From: the human T2T-CHM13v2.0 reference genome, Homo sapiens
Reading direction: 5' to 3' (one strand)
Assembly (NCBI RefSeq): GCF_009914755.1
Contig: NC_060925.1
DNA length: 64,000 bases
The notes under the pieces are model-generated. The model did not search any database and was not told the DNA's origin. It worked only from the letters and a program-made list of their open reading frames with translations. The translations under genes were made by a program, and so were the position numbers. Every line of letters starts with the position of its first letter. Positions within the stretch are counted from its first letter, which is position 1. Shown here piece by piece: positions 54,445 through 64,000 of this stretch.

Positions 54445-55594
54445 TCCTGCTCAAGTCTTTTGTCCATTTTTCTGTCAAGTTGTCTCTTTCTTCTTGTAAG
54501 AATTCTTTATATTTTCTTGATAAGAATCCTTCATCCCTTTTATATGTTGCAAATATCTTGTATTTTTCAGTTTGTAGCTTTTCAGCTTCTTTAAGATGTC
54601 TTGTTGAATAGTTCTTACTTTTAATATAGTCAGTGTTCTCAATATTTCACAGTTAGCACTTCTTAGTCTTGTTTCAGAAATCCTTCCCTATCTCAAAGTC
54701 AGGAGGATATTCAGCATTATTTTCCTAAAAGCTTTAAAGTTTTGATGTTGACATTTGAAATCTGGATCTATCTGGAGTTGATTTCATCTGTTGTTGTTAA
54801 CCCCTTTGGGGATAACCAGTGCTGCCAACTCCTTTCCCATGATCGCCTGCTGTCTCTGACACATCAGCCATGGTGGGCCCATCCTGATAGCCTTTTTGTT
54901 TGTACTTTGAAGACTTTCAGAGTGACTTAGGTGAGATGATGTTGTATCCATAGGAAGCTTGTTTGTAAACCCCGGGGCTCACTTTCCACTTCTCTGATTC
55001 TTTGGGGTGCCAGTCCTGGGAATAACAGGCTGCTAGAGCCCAAACTCATGCCAGAGTTTGAGTGCTTACACCCCCATGCCAGGTGGCTGGGAAGATTATG
55101 CCCCAGTTAACGACATCAGGGCTGGGCATGCAGTCAGGGCTTCATGCCTGAGAGTCAGCAGGCTGACTTTTTAAGAAATGGCCATAGTCACTTGGGCTAA
55201 GCTGCTGCCACTGACCTACCTGCCTTTCTGCTCCTAAATACATGAGAAGAATCCCACCGCATCTGTGGAAATACAGCAGGAGGGAGAGCTCCAGGACTCT
55301 GAGAAATGTCAGGACTGCTGAATCTGAGGAGGTGTTTTGGGGTGCAGGGAAACCCTCTGTAGGAGCCTTTCTTTGGTATTAGCCACAGTAAATCCCTAAA
55401 TACCAGAGAAGTCCAGGGACCAGCCCAGCTGGCAGTTGCATTTGGGAGTTAAGCTAAAGAAAGGCTGGTTGCATCAGTTGGGCTCACTTTTAGTGAAGTC
55501 AATGTGTTTATATGGTTTGAAAGCTCCTGGGGTGAGTTAGTCCATCTTACCAAGGCCTACAGCATATCTTCCTGGAAGCTATGAACTGAGAAGA

Positions 55595-55730
55595 GAAAAG
55601 GACACTGGAATCATGGATTCTGGTCCAGAATCCATGCTGCCTTGCTGTGTGACCTTGGACAGGTTTCTCTCCCTCTCTGATCCTCAGGTTACTTCTCTCT
55701 AGAATGGAAGGGGTAATCAGTGCCTAGGCA
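55595..55730 (+). mobile_element. MIR fragment
   Basis: ttgctgtgtgaccttggacaggtttctctccctctctgatcctcag. Confidence 0.7.
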
Positions 55731-56788
55731 GTTCCTCAGATTCTCCTCTTTCTGATTGTCTCTGGATCTGTGACGAAGGCATTCGATGACTCTGAGCTGC
55801 CTCCTGCTGAGGACGGGGGAACTACAGCAAGAAAAGGCCCAGAATTAGCCTAAAATGTAAACAGCTGAGAGCTTTCTTCTTAACTGGGTGAAATTTTAAA
55901 GATCATAATACACCTCTACACTGGCCTGCAAGCTCAGCCCATAAGACTTCCCCCCTTAGGGATGGTGTCCATCATTGAGTCCTGTTTTGAAAATCAAAAG
56001 TATTTTTAAAATGGAATTTGCGGGGAAGAGGGTAGAAGTTAAGTTTGCGCCTCCAGAAGCAGGGTAGGCTTAATCTAAGGGGACTGTCATTCTCCCAGCT
56101 CCATGGGGCCTGGCAGGAGGCGGCCCTCTCAGTGCTCTTGGCCCTGAAGGAGGCTGTTTGGTTCTGCCCCTCCTCCTGGGTCTGAGGGCAGGTGGCACCC
56201 CCAGCAGAGACCAGCCCCATTTACCCCAGGAGGTTGGGCTCCTTCCCCCTAGTTTCTTGGGTGCCCTCAGGGGCCAGGCCTTGCAGCTGAGAGCAGAGAG
56301 TCCCAGCTACACTCAACTGTCACAGACTGAAGGGCAAAGTGCATCTGGCAGCCAGCACGGATGTGTTGTCCTCTGACTCTGTAGGGTGACCTGTCCCATA
56401 TGCCTCAGCCGTTTGGGGACAGCCTCTGAAAGAGCCAAATGTTCCTCTCCAAACTCCGTAGCAATAGATGGTGAAGAGATTCTGAGCTATTTATGGTCAG
56501 GAGAGATCCGGCTGCCTCATCCCGGTGGCAGCGTCTGAGTAACATTCCTCGGTGGGGAGAGCGGCGGATGGTTCTCAGAAAGAATCGAGGCTTTGGGCAC
56601 ACATCACTGGCCTGTCCCCACTTCGTCTTTCCACAATGAGGCCCGGACTGTTCCATCGGGAAGGGGCTTCTGGACTCATCCCTCATTTTCTCAAAGGAGA
56701 GCCAAGCTCCGGAGAGGGAGTGGCCCAAGGTCACAGAGTGGTCCGGTGCCCAGGCAGCTCCAGAGCCCAGCCAGTCGGGCCTCTGCCG

Positions 56789-56896
56789 TCACACCAGCCC
56801 CAGGGTCACGGGCTTTGGCTTTGATTTGTAAAGATGTTCTCTTTCACACCAGCCCCCAGGTCACAGCCTTTGGTTTTGATTTTTGAAGACGTTCTC
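56789..56896 (+). repeat. Two-copy 55-bp tandem duplication (~85% identity)
   Basis: tcacaccagcccc...gatgttctc at 56789 is repeated at 56844. Confidence 0.9.
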
Positions 56897-56932
56897 CTCG
56901 CTTGCAGGGAGCTAAGCCTTCCTTGGGTCACT

Positions 56933-57386
56933 TGTATTGGTTTCCATAGCAAATTACCACAAACTGGGTGGCTTAAAAGCACTGAAATGTTTTCTTTTCA
57001 GTTCTAGAGGCCAGAAGTCTGAAATGAAGATGTGGGCAGGTGGGTTCCTTCTGGAAGCTCTAAGGCAGAATCTGTCCCGACCCCTCTTCAGCTCCTGGTG
57101 GCTGCCAGCAATCCAGGACCCCCCCGGCTTGCAGCTGCGTCCCTGCATCCTCCCCAGCCTCTGCCTCCATCCTCACTTGGCAGTGTTCTTCCCCGTGGCT
57201 CTGTGTGCCCTTTTCCGCCTCTCCTAAGGAAGCTGCCATTGGAGTCAGGCACGACCCTAATGCACTATATCATCTCCATCCTTAATTCCACCCACAAAGA
57301 CCGTATTTCCAAATCAGGTCCCATTCATAGGCTCTGAGGTTAGGATGTGGACGTATGTTTTGGGGTGCCATAATTTATTCAGCTTA
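56933..57386 (-). mobile_element. MLT1C/D-like solo LTR
   Basis: tgtattggtttcc...aaattaccacaaactgggtggcttaaa...cagttctagaggccagaagtctgaaat...tttccaaatcaggtc. Confidence 0.85.
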
Positions 57387-57999
57387 GGAGGACAGTGGTT
57401 TGATACACCGTGTAGAGGACTGGACCTCACAGCAAGGCCGTGGGACAGAGGCAGCTCTGGCGAGGGACTGACCAGGGGCTGTGCTCACTCGCAGGGCCTC
57501 TGGTGTCTCTGCCTCCACTCTGCATGCCTACCTCTCTGTCTTCTCACTGCCCCCCAGCTTTGTGTTCCCTCTGGTGTCCCCTTTCTCTTCGTCTTGTGGC
57601 CTCTGGTTCTCACGCCTTGCCTCAATTCCTCCTGGCCCAGCTTCAGCGTTCTGGCCTTGGTCTCGACGACTTCTTGGCTGCAGTTTCTGCTGCTGACTGC
57701 CTCATTCCCATGCCCATGCTGTTTCCCAGTTGGGTTCCTGAGCAAGGAGGTTGTGCCAGTCATGCCTGTCTTCTCACATGGGCACAGATGACACCCCGCC
57801 AGGCCAACCTTGGATTGATGGTCCTGGGGGTCGTGGGGCCCACTCGTGGTCCAGACAGCAGGATGGGGCTGTGGTACGAAGCATAACCACCTCCACCTGG
57901 CCCTTGGAAGGTGCAGGAACATGGCAGAAACAGGGTAAAGGTTCGGCCGCCTACAAAGGCGACTGCGTGGTCCCTGCAGGAGAACTTCCAGGGCGAGGA

Positions 58000-58760
58000 T
58001 CCAACTAAGTGGAATTGTCAAATTGTCAGTTAACTGAAGTATTTCCAGTTTGAGAGGAGAGAGCAAGAGATAATAGGAACCTGGAGAAAAAGCAGCCACA
58101 GGGGGTGTTCGGCTTCAATCCAGGTCCGTTCACCCCTTACGTTCAAAACAGCAAATTTCAGGAATGCCACAGTCCGTTAAGCATCAAAGAGAGATGGGGC
58201 CACCCACGTTCACTGTATTACGACCCTCATTAGACAGAAAAGGACGTCTGTGATTGAGGAAAGATTTTCCAACGACATCCCTCAGTTGCCCATCAAAGTT
58301 GCCTACTTCTCATTTCCTCACCTTCTGGGTCTTCTTCGGGCTCTCCTGGAGTCCTGTGTGTTATTACTCTGCTGTTTTCAACTCAGCCACAGTGAATCAT
58401 TTCTTCTTACCAAGTTGTGTAATCCCGTCATTTGTCTGTAAGAGATTCCATCCCAGGGCATATTGTGTCCCCGTGCTATGGGCTTAAGATGGCAAATCCG
58501 AGCTGTGATATAAATGTAAAAGTCATTCCCATTCTCCTCGAGCGCATGTTAACGACAGCACAGAATAGTGATAATTAGATGAAGCATCATTTCACACCAT
58601 CACCAGCGTGCTTTACATTTATTTATCGCCATTCTTTTCTCCAGCATCAGCAAAACAGAGACTTGTACGATATCCCAGAGCATCCAATGGGGCACCGTCC
58701 TGCCACTGTTAATTACCACCTTATGAGCGCACAGAGCCCAGCACTCACCTCTAGCCGCTT
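58000..58760. promoter_or_regulatory. Candidate conserved non-coding element
   Basis: tandem AATTGTCA x2 at 58013-58028, TAATTA at 58572 and 58710; AT-rich with many retained CpGs; repeat-free. Confidence 0.35.
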
Positions 58761-58878
58761 TCTGGGGGCCTAAAGGGGAAACTCACTCCCTGCACATCTC
58801 TGTCCCTCCATATCCCAGACCTGTCTGTCATTGACATGTGTCCTCTGTCCAGCTGCCTAGGGCTGATCCCACGCCATG

Positions 58879-59227
58879 TGTGTACTCTGGCTGCCATGAC
58901 AAGGCACCGCACACGGGGCGACGTACGCAGCAGCCTTGATTTTCTTGCAGTCCTGGAGAAGCGAAGTCTGAGATCGAGGTGCGGGCAGGGCAGGTTCCTC
59001 CTGAGGCCTCTGTCCTTGGTTCTCTCAGGGTCTTCCCTCTGCCTGTGTCTGTGTCCTCATCTCCTCTTATATAAGGTGACCGGTCAGACTGGATCAGGGC
59101 CTGCCCTCCTGACCTCACTTTAACTTTATCATCTGCGAAGACTCGCTTTCCAAAAAGGTCACATTCATAGGTTCTGGGGCTTAGAACTTTGACACCTTTT
59201 CACAGGGACACAATTCACTCCATAACA
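58879..59227 (-). mobile_element. MLT1A/A0-like solo LTR
   Basis: ggctgccatgacaaggcacc...aagtctgagatcgaggtg...ctcctcttatataagg...gggacacaattcactccataaca. Confidence 0.85.
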
Positions 59228-61129
59228 GTCCTGAAGCAAGATGCATCTGAACCTCATGTTCAAAGTAAGCCCTGGTGAGCCCTGGGCCTTGGGGGCCTCC
59301 TGGCTTCACTCCTGTATAAGCCCCGGTGAGAACAGGAGGGAACTTCTGGCAGAAGGGAAGAGGGATGGGGTCTCAGCTTGGGCTCACACTGGGCTCCCTG
59401 TGTGAGTATCTTTGTCTAAAGGTGCCCTGTGTGGGCAACTTTACAAGTATCTCACCTATGGATCCTCAACTGGGCTGGGGACCTTGGCAAGACCCTGCCC
59501 CAGCCTCCCGAGAGGGGTGCTCACTCCTGTGGGCTCCCCAGGCACCTGCTCTTGTTCTCCCCCACTATCCCAGCACCCATCCCCTGCCTCCCACCTGTGT
59601 CCCCCACACTGAGCACCCCTCATTGGCAGGAACAGTGGATGCCGGATTCTCTCTGTGTCCTAGAGCCCCAGGAGGGTCCCCAGGAGCAGGAGCCACAGAG
59701 AGATGTTGTTTTGCAGAGAGTCCTCCTGCCCCTATACCCGCCAGGTCCCCTGAGACCCTCTATGTCCCTGAACCCCTGGGTGCACAGTCACATAGTTGCA
59801 GGTTTGGATGAGACCTGGTGTTACCTTTTATTTTGTTAATCTTACCCTCTCTTATTCCAGAAAGAACTCAAGGTGGAAAAGTGTAGCCTCTCCGTTTCTG
59901 CGATATCACTGCTAGAAGCCAGCCGTGTGGCCTTTGAAAAGCTCCTGTGAGGAGCCACTTGTTTAGCCTGTTCCTTTACCGGGAAGTTCCAACTGTTAGA
60001 AAATTTCATTTTTTTTTCTTTTCACTGAGTCACAATCTGTCTGCCAGGACTTCTAACTTCATATTGAACTGTTAGTACAGAATGGTCAGGTATTTTTAAT
60101 AAAAGGAAGTCATATGGTGTGTGTGTGTGTGTATGTGTGTGTATGAGCATCTGGGTACCTGTGTATATGCACAACACATATGCACCATGCTTTGTACAAA
60201 AGAGAGCACTTCTTGGATTTGGGTCTCTGTCCCTCCACATTCTGCCAGGATCCTTTTAACTCCCGTAGGGGATGAGAAGGGAGTTGCTGCTGTTTAAAGA
60301 TCAAATCTGCTTTGTAGCCTGTGTTCCTTACACGTGGCCCAAGCTGCCAGGGCTTCCCGGTAGGGCACTTCTCTGCCCCAGCAGCTGCCCATGGGTCCTC
60401 TAGGCCCATCACGGGTGGGGCGCATTCCTGCTTTGGCACTCTGAGGTCCCTCCTGAGCATTTTGGTGGTGGCAGACCTCAGCGTCGTAGGAAACCTAGGA
60501 ATTGTGGGGACTAGGCAGCGTGACCCCCAGGACTTGACAGAGACAGGGCCATCTGCCAAAGTGAGCATTTTCTCAGGGAGAGCATCCATGGCCTCACGCT
60601 TTTCCCAGGCACGATCCTGATGTCTGAGGAATGCCTTTCATCCGGGGACTGCGCAGAGCTAGTGAATTGTTCTGCCTTCTTAGTGACGCCACGCACTCAG
60701 GAGCTGGAAATAGCCAGGTAGGAACTTCTAGCAAAATTATGGCCTGAATGCCGCCAGGCTCCTGAGCCGGCCCACATGCAGATCGGGCAGGTGAGGCTGC
60801 TCTGCTAGAGAGGGCCAAGGTACCTCCCACGACTCAGTGGTCACTGGCCAAGGAGGGAGCCAGTCCCACCATCCAGGAACTGTTCTTTCAGCAGAAGCAG
60901 CAGGTCGGGGGACCTCTGCCCAGCGTGGAGGTCAGTGACTGAGCACACACAGGTCTTCGGCCAAGGCTGCGCTCTGAGTCCAGCTTCCATGGAGGCAGGC
61001 CATTCGGGGTGATGGACTTGGACATGGAGATTGGAGAAACACATTCCATTTTCTGTCGAGGGCATCGTCCCCTCTCACCTACCTGTCTGGCCGGGGTCGG
61101 ATCAGTCAGAGGGCCTTCAAGGAGCCGTG

Positions 61130-61400
61130 GTCATTTGGAAAGTCTAAAAGGCTCTGCACTCGGAGCTGTGCATAAATCCCAGCGTTGCAGGATAAGATAT
61201 GATTACAGTATATTATGTGGGCTTGACATTTATGGCAAGTATAAACAGAGCGTTATTACTACCAAATCATGAGCCTCCGACCAAGAGGAAGGCAGCGCTG
61301 AGAGCACGCAAGTGAGAAGGAGTTTTTATACAAAAGAGAACAAAGTGATATGCTGCCACTTTTAATATGCCTGCCATGAAACAGGAAAGCAGAGAGCAGA
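61130..61400. promoter_or_regulatory. Candidate enhancer with a composite TALE-HOX site
   Basis: TGACATTTATGGC 61224-61236, GCATAAAT, GATAAG, TTTTATAC in an AT-rich island within GC-rich DNA. Confidence 0.4.
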
Positions 61401-62804
61401 AAATTGAAACCATCGGGAAAGCGCCAGGTCCAGGATGGCCCAGACAAAAGTCACTGCCGTTGAGATAAGTGGCACTGGCTCCCCCGCCATGGCTGGGCCA
61501 GGATTCCAGGAGAGAGGGAAGGAGGAGGAGAAGGAAGCAGGGAGAAGAAGAGGGAGGAGAGAAGGAGGAAGTGGGCGGGGGGAAGAAGGAAAAGTGAGGA
61601 GGGGAGAGAGAAACGGCTCCTGGGTGGTAACTGCATCAGCATTGTTTTTCCCTCCAGTTATTGGGAACCTGGGCTTCCTGGGTCCTTTCCAAAGGGGCGT
61701 CACTTTTGTCATCTGGGAGGTGACAAAAATGCATCTGAGTGCAGGTGTGCCTTGGCACCCCCTAGAAAGGGTAATTGGGAAGATTCTGCAGGTTGGATTT
61801 CACCATGTGTTTATGTCCTGGTGTCTGCACAAAGGCCCGACATCTTGTCGGGTTATTAACGGAGACACAGTGGCTGAGCTGATGACTCTGTCCCAGCTCC
61901 AGGCTGTGTGTGGCGTGTGTCTCTGCAGGTGTCCTCACTGATTTCCTCTCCAGGGCAGACTCCTTGGCCATCCACCCATGGGCCCCTTTCCAGGAAAGGG
62001 ATTTTTAAAGTAAATGGTCATGAGCCACATGTCTTCTGGGCCTCCTGGCCTCACCCCAGCAGGCTCTGCTCCTGCATAAGCCTCTGTGAGTGCAGAGGGC
62101 CTCTGGTTGCTGGGAAGTGGGGTGGGCTCAGGTTGGGGTTTAATTTGGGGGTGGAGACCTTTCCAAGTATCTCACCTAGAGGTTACACCTCCTCCCTAGC
62201 TGGACCCATGACTCTTGGCAAGGCCCGGATCTTGAGGGAAGAGCCAGGGAGCTGGGATGAAAGCTCTTCCCACTCCGTGTGAGCCAGCCTCATCGAGGAA
62301 CAGAGGGACAGGCCCACGGTGCCTCCTCCTTGGGATTAATGCAGTTAGGATGAGATGTCCACGAAGTCCACAGAGCATCTGTAGGTCCCAGGCTCTGCAT
62401 GAGACACTCAGAGGCCATCGCCCTTGACCGCCTGGTGAAAGGAATGGAGACAGAGAACCCAGCAGTTGGGAACCTCGGGGGTCAGCCTAGGTCATGTGTG
62501 GGCTTGGCCACATCCAATCACCTACCCTCTCGAAGGCACAGTTTCCTCTTCTGTAACACAGAGATCATAATTGCACAATAAAATTACATGAGGGCAGGGT
62601 TGCACCTGCTCTTCCCTGTTGGCAGCATAGTGCCTGGCCCATCTCAGCCACCAAATGCTGTCTCTATACAGAGAACCCCTCATTTATATCTTCAACTCTA
62701 ACCTCTCACCTGAACCCCAGACTCCTGCATCTAGCCACCTATGCAGTGACTCCTCTCCAGTAGCTAACAGGCCTCCCAAACTTAATACAACCAAATCTGA
62801 ACTC

Positions 62805-63118
<314 letters not shown>

Positions 63119-63131
63119 TGAACTCTTTTTT

Positions 63132-64000
<869 letters not shown>

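Larger units (their letters stand above)
52900..54900 (-). mobile_element. Old L1 (L1MC/ME) 3' region, interrupted by MLT1H-like LTR and AluY
   Basis: ttttgcctgtttttgaactgtataaaa..., gttgttttccaaagtg..., tatatgttgcaaatatctt. Confidence 0.75.

Noticed and set aside
57345-58099. ORFs of 148-204 aa
   Set aside because: CT-rich low-complexity sequence adjoining an MLT1 LTR; no protein-like features
59444-62178. 15-bp match caagtatctcaccta at 59444 and 62164 (and 14-bp taatccaggctttc at 3393/8815)
   Set aside because: Matches of this length are expected by chance in 64 kb

Overview
This is primate, almost certainly human, non-coding genomic DNA: it carries an AluYa5-type element. I find no supportable protein-coding exon, RNA gene or CRISPR array. 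The ORF track is explained by chance ORFs, Alu/L1/ERVL remnants and simple repeats. Roughly half the window is interspersed repeat: 14 Alus (most with visible target-site duplications, TSDs), long old L1 remnants nearly all on the - strand, many L2/MIR pieces, MaLR and MLT2 solo LTRs, a decayed ERVL gag-pro-RT internal segment (~29.7-31.95 kb) and hAT/Tigger DNA transposons. The repeat-poor stretches hold clusters of HOX/CDX, TALE (MEIS/PKNOX), POU and homeodomain motifs that look like developmental enhancers (inference). The most striking observation is a mosaic Alu at 18652-18961. It is AluYa5 except for a 52-81 bp tract that matches base for base the older Alu 1.45 kb downstream, which suggests recent local gene conversion or an assembly chimera. 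Also notable are a 29-bp CCAAT-containing VNTR inside an MLT2 LTR, two local duplications of non-repeat DNA, and several nested insertions. I see no evidence of a genuinely new biological system. Repeat subfamily calls come from remembered consensus sequences, and boundaries of old repeats are approximate.
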